Below, piece by piece: positions 39,431-49,490 of a DNA stretch of 64,000 nt (position 1 is the stretch's first letter; each line of letters begins with the position of its first letter). Source of the stretch: an uncultured SAR86 cluster bacterium (lineage in GTDB: Bacteria; Pseudomonadota; Gammaproteobacteria; Magnimaribacterales; D2472); assembly GCA_902556105.1 (NCBI GenBank), contig CACDUZ010000005.1, forward strand, positions 4,747-68,746, written 5' to 3'. Both the position numbers and the translations under genes were made by a program. The notes beneath the pieces were generated by a model. It had not been told where the DNA came from. It worked only from the letters and a program-made list of their open reading frames with translations, and made no database searches.

Positions 39431-39465
39431 TCCTGTATTCTAACGAATACTAGAATACTTATTCA

Positions 39466-39939
39466 ATGATTTATATGGAAAAAGCAATTAATTCTTTAGG
39501 AAAATTCATTTCATTGATGATTCCTATCATGACAATATCAATGGTAGTGATAATTGTAGCCAGATATTTCTTTGGTATAGGTCTAACAGGCCTTCAAGAG
39601 TTTGTTATGTATATGCATGCATTAGTTTTTTTAGGGTGTGCCGGATACGTTCATTACAAGAATGAGCATGTAAGAGTTGATATTTTTTATAGAGAATCCT
39701 CAAATAAATATAAAAGAAAGGTGAATTTTACTCTTGGAGTACTTTTTTTATTACCTGTATGTTTTGTAATTGGTTATTTTTCAATTGAGCTGATAGATAT
39801 GGCATGGGAGATTAGAGAAGTTTCAACGGAGGCTGGTGGTCTTGCATTTGTATATATTCAAAAGACTCTCATTGTATTATTTCCAATAACGTTGTTGATA
39901 ACTTTTGTTCATCATTTAAATAAAGATAGATGGAACTAA
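39466..39939 (+). CDS. TRAP transporter small permease (DctQ-like)
   Basis: 157 aa, four TM helices, directly upstream of and overlapping the large permease gene. Confidence 0.8.
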   Translation: MIYMEKAINSLGKFISLMIPIMTISMVVIIVARYFFGIGLTGLQEFVMYMHALVFLGCAGYVHYKNEHVRVDIFYRESSNKYKRKVNFTLGVLFLLPVCFVIGYFSIELIDMAWEIREVSTEAGGLAFVYIQKTLIVLFPITLLITFVHHLNKDRWN

Positions 39940-41267
39940 TACCTCTTCTTCTTCTAATATTAGTATGTTCTGCACTGCTAATAGGTTACCCAGTAGCTTT
40001 CACTCTTGCAGGAGTATCTATACTTTTTGCTTTGATATGCGTTCCGTTTGGAATATTTGACCCAACAATTTTTAAAAGCATTCCTATAAGAATTTTTGGA
40101 ATAATGAATAATGTTACTCTTCTAGCTGTTCCTTTATTTATCTTCATGGGAACTACTCTAGAAAAATCAGGTATTGCGGCAAAGATGTTGGAAAATATGG
40201 CGGCTGCTTTTAGAAATACTAAAGGCGGTTTATCAATATCAATTATAATCGTTGGAGCACTTTTAGCAGCAAGTACAGGGATTGTCGGAGCCACTGTTGT
40301 AACTATGGGGCTTATGTCGCTACCAATTTTAATTAATCAGGGTTATGAAAAAAGTTTTTCAACTGGTCTTGTTGCATCTACAGGAACTTTAGGTCAAATA
40401 ATACCCCCTTCAATTGCGCTAGTTCTGCTTGGTGATGTTATGTCTAATGCTTATCAAAGAGCTCAGAATGACATGGGTATTTTTTCTCAACAAACAGTTA
40501 CAGTTGGAGATCTTTTTATAGGAGCAATAGTCCCTGGAATAATGATATGTCTTGGTTACTTCGTATATACAGTTTATAAAAACAAAAAAAATATAAATTT
40601 AAAAGACTACTCAAGTGATGCTCCTATTAAAAAAATAGAAATTTTAAAAACACTTGCCCTTCCAGTTATTTTAATTTTTCTTGTGCTGGGGTCTATCTTT
40701 GCTGGTGTAGCAACGCCTACTGAAGCTGCGGCTATTGGTGCCTTTGGTGCCTTAATTATTGCCCTAATAAATGGAAAGATAAATTTCAAATTTATAAAAG
40801 AGACCTCAGAAAAAACTGCTGTGGTATCTACTATGATCTTTACTATTCTTATTGGGGCTTCTATATTTTCATTAATCTTTAGGGGTGTTGGAGGGGATGA
40901 ATTAATTAATCTAATTTTTAGCTCACTTCCTGGTGGCTCATATACTGCATTAATTTTTGTGTTGCTCGTAATATTCTTACTTGGATTCATCTTAGACTTT
41001 ATTGAAATCTGTTACGTGATAGTTCCCTTAATAGCGCCTCCGCTTCTAATGATGGGTTTTGATCCTGTATGGCTGGCTATACTTTTTGCAATTAACCTTC
41101 AAACATCATTTTTAACACCTCCCTTTGGATTCTCATTATTTTATTTGAGAGGAGTTGCTGACGAAAGTATTCAAACATCTGAAATATATAAAGGAGTGAT
41201 TCCCTTTATATTTATTCAACTACTTATACTTTGCCTTGTTCTTATATTCCCTAAAATAATTATTTAG
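39930..41267 (+). CDS. TRAP transporter large permease (DctM-like)
   Basis: 445 aa, polytopic, typical DctM composition (LFIFMG, GIVGATVVTMG, PPFGFSLFYL). Confidence 0.9.
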   Translation: MELIPLLLLILVCSALLIGYPVAFTLAGVSILFALICVPFGIFDPTIFKSIPIRIFGIMNNVTLLAVPLFIFMGTTLEKSGIAAKMLENMAAAFRNTKGGLSISIIIVGALLAASTGIVGATVVTMGLMSLPILINQGYEKSFSTGLVASTGTLGQIIPPSIALVLLGDVMSNAYQRAQNDMGIFSQQTVTVGDLFIGAIVPGIMICLGYFVYTVYKNKKNINLKDYSSDAPIKKIEILKTLALPVILIFLVLGSIFAGVATPTEAAAIGAFGALIIALINGKINFKFIKETSEKTAVVSTMIFTILIGASIFSLIFRGVGGDELINLIFSSLPGGSYTALIFVLLVIFLLGFILDFIEICYVIVPLIAPPLLMMGFDPVWLAILFAINLQTSFLTPPFGFSLFYLRGVADESIQTSEIYKGVIPFIFIQLLILCLVLIFPKIII

Positions 41268-41857
41268 AAAATATTTACTAGCCAGATCATTAAAAAGTGA
41301 GCAATTGATCCATATATTGTTATTGCGATTTGTCCCCTCATTGGCAATGACCTTTCAGATGCCAAGTAAAGTGATTTTATATAGAGGGGTATATACATAA
41401 ATAAAGACGTTACCATGCCAGGACTATAATCAGTTTGAGCTGTAGCCAGACCAATGTGAAACATTCCATTTGAGAGTAATAGAGAAGAATTAAAAAGAAA
41501 TAAAATACTAAATATTTTTGTAGATGGTTTAAGCAGGAATAACAGAGGTAACAAAAAATAAGGCACCGAATTAATTGTAGTAACTTCTATGGGAGAAATA
41601 TTAACTCCTGACCTGAAGGCCCACTCTAAAAAATGATACTTATCACCAAACATCAAGGGAGACAATACGTATTCTTCTAGTTGATGAGATGCAAGAACAA
41701 ATAATGGAAGGGCTGTTATTAGATAATTACTTTTATTTTTATATAAATACAAAACTAGAATGCAAGAAAAAATAAAAGCAACTATAAAGATAGTTTCCAT
41801 AGTTGATACAAGCGGAGAATACAATGCTGAATTAAAGTCCTGCATTATTTTTTTCAA
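41264..41857 (-). CDS. HXXEE-domain membrane protein
   Basis: Polytopic; HQLEEY motif in the first loop. Start uncertain (41857, 41845 or 41800); the longest form overlaps the lipA stop. Confidence 0.55.
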   Translation of the reverse strand: MKKIMQDFNSALYSPLVSTMETIFIVAFIFSCILVLYLYKNKSNYLITALPLFVLASHQLEEYVLSPLMFGDKYHFLEWAFRSGVNISPIEVTTINSVPYFLLPLLFLLKPSTKIFSILFLFNSSLLLSNGMFHIGLATAQTDYSPGMVTSLFMYIPLYIKSLYLASERSLPMRGQIAITIYGSIAHFLMIWLVNIF

Positions 41858-42794
41858 GTGCCCTTTCTGCTCTATAGCTAGAGCGAACCATTGGACCCGA
41901 CATAACTTCTAAAAAACCTTTCCGTAATCCTATTTCTCTGTATTTTTTAAATTCTTCAGGTGTTACCCATCTTTCAATTGGATGATGATTAACAGTTGGT
42001 CTAAGATACTGGCCAATGGTTAGAATATCAACTTTGTTTGCTATCAGATCATCCATTGTTTGATCAATCTCAAGGTCTGTTTCACCAAGCCCTAAAATAA
42101 TACTGGTTTTAGTAAGTACTTTTGGATTAATACGCTTTGATTCTGCAAGAACATCCAAGGTTTGCTGATAACCTGCTCGAATATCTCTTACTTGGTGAGT
42201 AAGTCTTTCAACTGTTTCAACATTTTGAGCAAAAACCTCTAGCCCGCAATTTACAAGAGTATCTATTGATGATGATAAACCCTTAAAGTCTGGGGTTAGT
42301 GCCTCAACAGCAGTGCTTGGATTTAATTCTTTTATTAGCTTCACTGTTTCTGCAAAATGTTGAGCTCCACCATCAGGAAGGTCATCTCTATTAACAGAGG
42401 TAAGAACAACATACTTTAATTTCATTATTTCAACAGCCTTGGCTGTATTCATTGGCTCATCTTTATCAAGCCAGCCGTTGGGATTTCCAGTATCAACCGA
42501 ACAGAACTTACATGCTCTAGTACAAACGGAGCCCATCAGCATAAAGGTAGCTGTTCCAGCAGACCAACATTCACTGATATTAGGGCAATGCGCTTCCTCG
42601 CAAACTGTGTAAAGTTGCTTGCTTTGAACCTGTTCTTTTATCTTATGAAAATTTGGATTAAATTCTGCTTTAACTTTAAGCCAGCTTGGTTTCTTAGGAG
42701 TTGGAATATCTGAATATTTATTATACTTTTGGCCGTTCCTAATAGCTTTAATGCCATCCCTGTTAGTTATCTTTGTCGTGGTTATTATTTCCAT
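41832..42794 (-). CDS. lipA: Lipoyl synthase
   Basis: [12 protein letters not shown] auxiliary cluster and radical-SAM CTRACKFC. Confidence 0.95.
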   Translation of the reverse strand: MEIITTTKITNRDGIKAIRNGQKYNKYSDIPTPKKPSWLKVKAEFNPNFHKIKEQVQSKQLYTVCEEAHCPNISECWSAGTATFMLMGSVCTRACKFCSVDTGNPNGWLDKDEPMNTAKAVEIMKLKYVVLTSVNRDDLPDGGAQHFAETVKLIKELNPSTAVEALTPDFKGLSSSIDTLVNCGLEVFAQNVETVERLTHQVRDIRAGYQQTLDVLAESKRINPKVLTKTSIILGLGETDLEIDQTMDDLIANKVDILTIGQYLRPTVNHHPIERWVTPEEFKKYREIGLRKGFLEVMSGPMVRSSYRAERALEKNNAGL

Positions 42795-42796
42795 AA

Positions 42797-43399
42797 TTAA
42801 AATATTTTTCTTAGCAAATCTATTATTAATTTTTCTAATTGTAATTTAGAAATATCCTTATTTAAATCTTTTATCTTAGTAACTTCTAATCCTTCATAAC
42901 CACAAGGGTTAATTTGCTTAAACGGTGATAAATCCATGTCAAAATTTAGACTTATACCATGGTAGGATTTGCCTTTAGAGATTCTTAGGCCAATAGATGC
43001 AATTTTCTTTTTATCAACATATACCCCTGGCGCACCCTCAATAAAATTACAGTCTATTGATAATTCATGAAGCAAGTCTTTCACAAAATTTTGTATAGTT
43101 GAAACTAGTTTATTTGGACTGAATTTTAATTTTTTTATATCAAGTAAAAAATAAATAACCAATTGTCCAGGTCCATGGTAGGTAACCTCACCACCTCTAT
43201 CTGATTGAACAATAGGAATATCTTTTACATTTAGTATATGTTTTTTATCTGCTGCTGTTCCAAGAGTAAAAATTGGCGGATGTTCAAGCAACCAGATTTC
43301 ATTACTAAAATTTTCTTCTTTGACATGGGATCGCATGAGGTCCATGGTTTCATGATAATTGACCAAGCCAAGAGATTTAAAAGTTAGGTCTTCTAGCAC
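42797..43399 (-). CDS. lipB: Octanoyltransferase
   Basis: [17 protein letters not shown] start shares 1 nt with the stop of the upstream gene (TAGTG). Confidence 0.9.
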   Translation of the reverse strand: MLEDLTFKSLGLVNYHETMDLMRSHVKEENFSNEIWLLEHPPIFTLGTAADKKHILNVKDIPIVQSDRGGEVTYHGPGQLVIYFLLDIKKLKFSPNKLVSTIQNFVKDLLHELSIDCNFIEGAPGVYVDKKKIASIGLRISKGKSYHGISLNFDMDLSPFKQINPCGYEGLEVTKIKDLNKDISKLQLEKLIIDLLRKIF

Positions 43400-44484
43400 T
43401 ACTTATTTCTTGATTCTACAAATGCATCTTCAGAAATTTGGTGATAGGCAGATACATTATTTTTAAAATTTAAATAAGAGTCATATACCTTTGCAATTGT
43501 TGGATCTTCCTTGGCTAAGTCATCGAGAATCTTATTAGAGATTTTTCTAAATTCTTCTATGACATCATCAGGTAACTTTCGAAGTTCAACTCCATGGACA
43601 TTTACGAGTTCTGTTAACGCTTGATTATTCTTTGCTAAATATTCATCAAGCATATCTTGGTTGACTGCTTTGGAGGCTGTTTCAATAATAACTTGTAGAT
43701 GTTTAGGTAAAGAGTTCCAGGCATCCATATTAATTAATAATTCAAGCATTGGGCCTGGTTCATGCCAACCAGGATAATAATAATATTTTGCAGCTTGATG
43801 AAAACCAAAGGTTAAATCATTGTAAGGCCCAACCCATTCTGTAGCATCTATTACTCCTGTTTGAAGTGCTGTAAAGAGCTCTCCACCAGGAAGAGTAACT
43901 GGAATTCCACCTGCTTCTTTTAATACTTCACCGCCTATTCCAGGAATACGCATTTTAAGACCTTTAATGTCATCAAGAGAGTTGATCTCTTTATTAAACC
44001 AGCCAAACATTTGTGTTCCAGTATTTCCTGCAGGAATTGGATAAATGTTAAATGGAGCATATATTTCTCTCCATAACTCCAAACCACCGCCCCTATTCAC
44101 CCATGCATTTATTTCATCTGCTGTTAATCCAAATGGAACACTGGTGAAAAATTGAGCTGCTGGAACTTTTCCTTTCCAAAAATATCCACCGCTATGGCCC
44201 ATTTGATGAGAGCCACTAGAAACTGCATCAAAAACACCGAATGCTGGGACTTGCTCTTCAGCACCATAAACAGTGATTTTCATTTGACCATCACTCATCT
44301 CTTCTACTAGATCCGCAATTCTTTCTGGCGCCATTCCTAAACCTGGATAGTTTTTAGGCCATGAAGTTACAAGTCTCCAGTTATAGGTTTTTTCTTTGTC
44401 AAAAGAGGCGGACTCAATACCAGTTGTTTCATTGGAGCAAGCAGTTATAAATATTATTAAAGGTAAAAAGATTATTTTCTTCAT
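43399..44484 (-). CDS. TRAP transporter substrate-binding protein (DctP superfamily, lipoprotein)
   Basis: Lipobox ITAC; WRLVTSWPKNYPG, GWFNKEI, LKMRIPG are typical of the TRAP SBP subfamily that pairs with small and large permeases like those at 39466..41267. Confidence 0.85.
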   Translation of the reverse strand: MKKIIFLPLIIFITACSNETTGIESASFDKEKTYNWRLVTSWPKNYPGLGMAPERIADLVEEMSDGQMKITVYGAEEQVPAFGVFDAVSSGSHQMGHSGGYFWKGKVPAAQFFTSVPFGLTADEINAWVNRGGGLELWREIYAPFNIYPIPAGNTGTQMFGWFNKEINSLDDIKGLKMRIPGIGGEVLKEAGGIPVTLPGGELFTALQTGVIDATEWVGPYNDLTFGFHQAAKYYYYPGWHEPGPMLELLINMDAWNSLPKHLQVIIETASKAVNQDMLDEYLAKNNQALTELVNVHGVELRKLPDDVIEEFRKISNKILDDLAKEDPTIAKVYDSYLNFKNNVSAYHQISEDAFVESRNK

Positions 44485-46658
44485 TATATTTTTTCAAGAT
44501 TTGCGTAAGCCATTACAAGCCACTTTGTTCCAGAACTATCAAAATTAACTTGAACCCTTGCGGATTCACCTGATCCCTCATAATTTAAAACAATACCTTC
44601 ACCAAATTTTTTATGCTGTACCTTTTGACCTAACGCAATACCTATCTCCTCCTCAAACTCCATTTTTGTTTCTTTAAAGTCCTTTCTATTATAAGGAATA
44701 TTAGTTTGTGCTCTAGGTCTTATTTCATCAATAAGATCTTTAGGGATTTCACGAAGAAATCTTGATGGAGGATTGAATGTATCTGTGCCATGAAGTCTTC
44801 TTGATTCAGCATGAGTGATATATAGCTTTTCCATAGCACGAGTTATTGCAACATAACAAAGCCTCCTTTCTTCCTCTAATTGCGAAGCACTTTCCATTGA
44901 TCTTCCGTGTGGAAATAAACTTTCTTCAAGACCTGTAAGAAGAACTAATTTAAACTCTAGCCCTTTAGCAGAATGCATGGTCATGAGTTGGGCTGCATCA
45001 TCATGTTCTGATGCCTGTCTATCACCAGAATCTAAAGAAATAATATCTAGATATTTTTCGGCTACCTCAATATTTGATATTTCTTCTTCAATACTTTGTT
45101 CAAAGTTTTTGGTAGCAGTTATTAATTCTTCTAAATTTTCTGTTCTAGTTTTACCTTTTTCTCCTGGTTCTTTTGCATGATATGCATATAAACCAGATTC
45201 CTTAATAATTAATTCCATTAGTTCTGATAATAAATTCTCTTCTATGAAGGATTTACAACCTGCAATAAATTCTAAATAATCTCTAAGTCCAGATCCTCCC
45301 CTGCCAGAAATTAAGCCCTCATCAATTAATTTAGCCGAAGCTTTGATATAGGAAATATTATATTGCTTTGCAGCATTTCTAATCTTTGCAAGAGTCTTTT
45401 CCCCAACTCCCCTTGTGGGATTAGAAATTGATCTCTCAAAAGATGGATTATCGCTGTTATTAAAAATAACTTTTAAATAAGCTATAGCATTTTTAATTTC
45501 AAGTCTTTCATAAAAACGCAATCCTCCATAAATTCTGTATGGAATGCTAACTCTTAATAATGCTTCTTCTATTGCCCTCGACTGTGCATTTGATCTGTAA
45601 AGAACTGCTGCCTCTTCATAAGAACCGCCTTTATTCATCCAGTCATTTAAAACATCTGCAACAAATCTGGCCTCATCTTGCTCATTGTAAGCTTGGTACA
45701 GAACTATTTGTTCTCCCTCTAGTTTCTCTGTCCATAAATTTTTTCCTAGTCTATCTTTATTATTATCAATAAGCGCATTTGCCGCGTTTAGAATTATATT
45801 TGTCGATCTGTAGTTTTGTTCAAGTCTAATAACCTCGGTGCCTTTAAAATCTTCAGTAAATGAATTCACATGTTCAACTTTTGCTCCTCTCCATCCGTAT
45901 ATAGACTGATCATCATCTCCAACAGCTGTAACATTGGTTTGATCAGAGGCTATTTCTTGAAGCCATTTATATTGAATGGTATTCGTATCTTGAAATTCAT
46001 CTATTAGGATGGATTTAAATCTTGTCTTAAAGAAGGCTTTTACAGAAGGTGAGCTTGCTATGGTTTCATATGATTTTAATAAAAGTTCTCCAAAATCGAC
46101 TAAATTATCTCTTTCACAAACTTCTTGATACTCTTTGTATACTTTATTAACAGTTTCGGTATAAAAATCTCCTTTATCATCAACGTCTTTGAATCTTAAT
46201 CCATCGTCCTTCCAGGTATTTATTTGCCATTGAGTTTGTCTTGCAGGCCAAGTAGCCTCATCTAAATTTAATTCTTTAGAGATTCTTTTTACTATTCTTA
46301 ACTGGTCATCTGAATCTATAATTGTAAAACCACTCGATAGTCCCGCCTCTTTATAAAATCTTTTTAAAAGTTTATGCGATAAGCCATGAAAGGTTCCAAC
46401 CCAAGAATCCATAATAGGTGCTTGTAATAATGACTCAATTCTAGAACGCATCTCATTAGCGGCTTTATTTGTAAAAGTAACTGCCATTACCGAAGATGGA
46501 TTTCTACCAAGCGCCTCTACTTCCCATGCAATCTTATGAACAAGAACCCTCGTTTTTCCTGAGCCTGCCCCAGCTAAAACCAAAAGATGTTGCTTTTCTG
46601 AAGTGACAGCCTTTCTTTGGTCTTCGTTTAAATTATCTAAAATATGAGATACATCCAT
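44484..46658 (-). CDS. uvrD: DNA helicase II
   Basis: Walker A GAGSGKT, DEFQDTN, TMHSAKGLEF, and the UvrD-type C-terminal extension (KFGEGIVL...). Confidence 0.9.
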   Translation of the reverse strand: MDVSHILDNLNEDQRKAVTSEKQHLLVLAGAGSGKTRVLVHKIAWEVEALGRNPSSVMAVTFTNKAANEMRSRIESLLQAPIMDSWVGTFHGLSHKLLKRFYKEAGLSSGFTIIDSDDQLRIVKRISKELNLDEATWPARQTQWQINTWKDDGLRFKDVDDKGDFYTETVNKVYKEYQEVCERDNLVDFGELLLKSYETIASSPSVKAFFKTRFKSILIDEFQDTNTIQYKWLQEIASDQTNVTAVGDDDQSIYGWRGAKVEHVNSFTEDFKGTEVIRLEQNYRSTNIILNAANALIDNNKDRLGKNLWTEKLEGEQIVLYQAYNEQDEARFVADVLNDWMNKGGSYEEAAVLYRSNAQSRAIEEALLRVSIPYRIYGGLRFYERLEIKNAIAYLKVIFNNSDNPSFERSISNPTRGVGEKTLAKIRNAAKQYNISYIKASAKLIDEGLISGRGGSGLRDYLEFIAGCKSFIEENLLSELMELIIKESGLYAYHAKEPGEKGKTRTENLEELITATKNFEQSIEEEISNIEVAEKYLDIISLDSGDRQASEHDDAAQLMTMHSAKGLEFKLVLLTGLEESLFPHGRSMESASQLEEERRLCYVAITRAMEKLYITHAESRRLHGTDTFNPPSRFLREIPKDLIDEIRPRAQTNIPYNRKDFKETKMEFEEEIGIALGQKVQHKKFGEGIVLNYEGSGESARVQVNFDSSGTKWLVMAYANLEKI

Positions 46659-46700
46659 TTAGGGATTCATTTTTGTGTTTAAGTTAGATATTCTAACCTT

Positions 46701-47546
46701 ATGTCGACGAAATTATTGAGACTAATTAAAAATTCACTTCCTGATTTAAGAAAATCTGAAAAAACTGTTGGTGAATTTATTTTAAAAGATCCAAAATCAA
46801 TAATCACCATGAAAACAGCTGAAGCTTCACAAGCTATGGGTATAAGTGAGCCAACCTTAATAAGGTTTTGCAAAGCTATTGGGTTTTCAGGCTTTCAAGA
46901 GCTTAAAATTAATCTTTCTCAGCAACTTGCTGCAGATGATTATTTTGTAATGTATGAGATAACTGAGGATGACTCAATTCATGAATTATGTGAGAAAGTA
47001 TTTGATACAACAATAAGTGAAATTTTAAATGTAAGATCTCAAATTGATCAAGAGATTCTTGAAAATGCAATTGAGACATTGGTAAATGCTGATAGAGTTG
47101 AATTTTATGCCTTTGGTGGCTCTGCTCCAGTTGCAATGGATGGACAACATAAGTTTTTTAGGCTGAAGATACCTTCATCAAATATTTCTGATCCACATCT
47201 TCAATTCATGTCTGCCAATTCTCTTGAAAAAAATGATGTTGTTGTTGCTATATCACAGTCTGGAACTACTGCTGCGCTGATAGATAGTGTAAAAATTGTT
47301 AGAAAAAATGGCGTGAAAGTGATTGGTATAATGCCTGGTGATACTCCACTTGCAAATATATGTGACTTTCCTTTAACTATTGATGTTGGCATTAACAATA
47401 GAATTTCAAAACCTGTTACTTCTAGAATTGCTTACACTGCTGTTATAGATGTTTTAACAATGGGTGTTGCTCAATTAAAACCTGAGGCACAAGATCACTT
47501 ATACAATATTGCAGATAGCCAAAGATCTTTAAAAGTTGATAGCTAG
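46701..47546 (+). CDS. MurR/RpiR-family transcriptional regulator (HTH + SIS domain)
   Basis: N-terminal HTH_6-like region (LRKSEKTVGEFILKDP...SEPTLIRFCKAIGFSGFQELK) and a C-terminal SIS domain (AISQSGTT). Confidence 0.85.
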   Translation: MSTKLLRLIKNSLPDLRKSEKTVGEFILKDPKSIITMKTAEASQAMGISEPTLIRFCKAIGFSGFQELKINLSQQLAADDYFVMYEITEDDSIHELCEKVFDTTISEILNVRSQIDQEILENAIETLVNADRVEFYAFGGSAPVAMDGQHKFFRLKIPSSNISDPHLQFMSANSLEKNDVVVAISQSGTTAALIDSVKIVRKNGVKVIGIMPGDTPLANICDFPLTIDVGINNRISKPVTSRIAYTAVIDVLTMGVAQLKPEAQDHLYNIADSQRSLKVDS

Positions 47547-47557
47547 ATTTAGTTGGT

Positions 47558-47577
47558 TTTAAAGCAAAAGCTTTAAA
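47558..47577 (+). terminator. Hairpin after the RpiR-family gene (possible weak terminator)
   Basis: TTTAAAGC-AAAA-GCTTTAAA, an 8-bp AT-rich stem. No T tract follows. Confidence 0.2.
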
Positions 47578-47608
47578 GTGATAAGATTAAATAATTAATA
47601 ATGGAGAA

Positions 47609-48028
47609 ATGATGAGCGAAGAAATCAAAAAATTTTTTACTACCTACACAGACTTTGTAACCAAGGTAACAAGTGATCCTAGTATTGATTTAGATACCTT
47701 AAAAAAAAGTTTTGATGGTATAGAAGCAAACTCAAGTATAAAAACGCCGCGTCTTCTTACCGCTGCTCTAGGTCTTGGAAGTGAAACAGGTGAGTTTGTT
47801 GAAATTGTTAAAAAAATGTTTTTACAAGGCAAGCCGCCATCTGAAGATAATATCTTTCATATGAAAAGAGAACTTGGAGATATTATGTGGTATTGGGTTA
47901 CTGCGTGTGCTGCTCTAGATCTTGATCCTTATGAGGTCATAAATGAGAACCAAGAGAAGTTAGCTGCAAGATATGGAGAAAAGTTTGAAGTTGGAAGAAG
48001 TGAAGTTAGAAAAGAAGGAGATTTATAA
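47609..48028 (+). CDS. MazG-like nucleotide pyrophosphohydrolase domain protein
   Basis: Single MazG domain: GSETGEFVEIVKK and ELGDIMWYW metal-binding helices. RBS GGAGA upstream. Confidence 0.75.
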   Translation: MMSEEIKKFFTTYTDFVTKVTSDPSIDLDTLKKSFDGIEANSSIKTPRLLTAALGLGSETGEFVEIVKKMFLQGKPPSEDNIFHMKRELGDIMWYWVTACAALDLDPYEVINENQEKLAARYGEKFEVGRSEVRKEGDL

Positions 48029-48064
48029 AGAAATTCCTATAGCTGGGCTTTTTATAAACTATAT

Positions 48065-48427
48065 ATGTTAATACTATTATCATCCTTATATTTCCTTTAT
48101 GGTTTTGTCCTTTTTTATACGTATATAAAGGGCTATAGCTTGCTAAGATATCTCTTGAAGAGAAAAAATATTAATATTCAGTTATCTATTGAACTCATAT
48201 TCATAATCCTTACTTCTTTAGTCGTTTTTACCTCACAGCCTCTAAACTGGATAGTTGCTTTAATAATGTTATTCCACGTTGTGGGTGTTATTTGGATTGT
48301 TACGAATCCTAATAGTTATTATTCAATGGCGGAAGAGACTACTTTAGATATTGATTCTCTTGAGATAGCGACTTCAATGATAGTTATTGCAATGGGAATA
48401 TTTGTATATTTTTCTAGAATAATTTAG
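48065..48427 (+). CDS. Hypothetical four-TM membrane protein
   Basis: Hydrophobic profile only. Confidence 0.4.
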   Translation: MLILLSSLYFLYGFVLFYTYIKGYSLLRYLLKRKNINIQLSIELIFIILTSLVVFTSQPLNWIVALIMLFHVVGVIWIVTNPNSYYSMAEETTLDIDSLEIATSMIVIAMGIFVYFSRII

Positions 48428-49299
48428 ATAATATCTTTTAATCTTTTATATAAACTAGAAGTATCCCATTTGCCGCCTCCAGCTTTTTGAATATCTTTGT
48501 AGTATGCATTAACGCTTTTAGTTATATCTATGTTGATATTAAGTTTCTCTGCCTTATCAATCACTATTTCAAGGTCTTTTCTCATAAGATCAACAGCAAA
48601 GCCATGATCGTAGTAATCATTGATCATTGTTTCCCACCTGTTTTCCATTTGCCATGACTGTGCTGCACCTTTTGATATTACTTCAATAACTTCATTTGTG
48701 TTAAGGCCAACCTTATCTGAAAAATTCATAGCCTCAGATAATCCTTGAAGCAATCCAGCTATGCATATTTGGTTTACCATCTTTGTTAATTGACCTGATC
48801 CGCTTGGGCCAAGATATTTAATAAATTTAGAATATTCTTGTAATATTATTTCTACCTTTTCAAATGATTCTTTGTCGCCACCTGCCATAACAGATAGCTT
48901 TCCATTTTCTGCTCCCGCTTGACCGCCTGAAATAGGAGCATCTATAAAACTGATATCTTTCGAATTGAGTATTTGATTTAGCTCTATTGGTAAATCTGCG
49001 CTAGTTGTTGTGTGGTCAACAATAACCAATCCAGGCTTTGCATTATTAAGAACCCCATCATCATCATCACAAATAATATTTCTTACATCCAAATCATTGC
49101 CGACGCAAAGAATCAATGTATCTGATTTTTTAGTTATTTCCTGAATGGACTGACATTCTGTGCCTTGATATTTATTTATCCAATCTTTTGATTTTGAAGA
49201 GGATCTATTGAATACAAAAACGTTATGATTTTTTGATAAGTGTCCGGCCATGGGGAATCCCATGACACCCAGTCCAATAAAGCCAATGGCTTTACTCAT
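48424..49299 (-). CDS. NAD(P)-dependent 3-hydroxyisobutyrate/6-phosphogluconate dehydrogenase-family oxidoreductase
   Basis: IGFIGLGVMG Rossmann start, DAPISGG, GSGQLTKMVNQ. Confidence 0.85.
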   Translation of the reverse strand: MSKAIGFIGLGVMGFPMAGHLSKNHNVFVFNRSSSKSKDWINKYQGTECQSIQEITKKSDTLILCVGNDLDVRNIICDDDDGVLNNAKPGLVIVDHTTTSADLPIELNQILNSKDISFIDAPISGGQAGAENGKLSVMAGGDKESFEKVEIILQEYSKFIKYLGPSGSGQLTKMVNQICIAGLLQGLSEAMNFSDKVGLNTNEVIEVISKGAAQSWQMENRWETMINDYYDHGFAVDLMRKDLEIVIDKAEKLNINIDITKSVNAYYKDIQKAGGGKWDTSSLYKRLKDII

Positions 49300-49460
49300 A
49301 CAATAAAGTTTTCTCTGTCTTTTTTTGCAGTCCTTTTAATGCCATCCTTGGTTTGATACTCGGAAGTTATTCCTTTGGTTCCTTCAAAGTTTTTTAACAA
49401 AAGCATATATATAGCTGACATAACTATCCACATTATTGGTATTAAGATATAAACTTCCAT
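49296..49460 (-). CDS. Possible 54-aa single-TM protein, below the ORF-track size cutoff
   Basis: Hand translation: MEVYILIPIMWIVMSAIYMLLLKNFEGTKGITSEYQTKDGIKRTAKKDRENFIV. Its TGA overlaps the ATG of the downstream dehydrogenase (ATGA). It fills an otherwise unusually long 190-nt gap. No SD. Confidence 0.3.
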   Translation of the reverse strand: MEVYILIPIMWIVMSAIYMLLLKNFEGTKGITSEYQTKDGIKRTAKKDRENFIV

Positions 49461-49490
49461 TTTTAAAATTTTGCTAGTGAGTTTTTCAAT

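Noticed and set aside
39986-40990. Antisense ORFs inside the TRAP large permease gene (39986..40294 and 40607..40990).
   Set aside because: Same reasoning: these are mirror frames of a strongly supported polytopic permease gene, with no independent signals.
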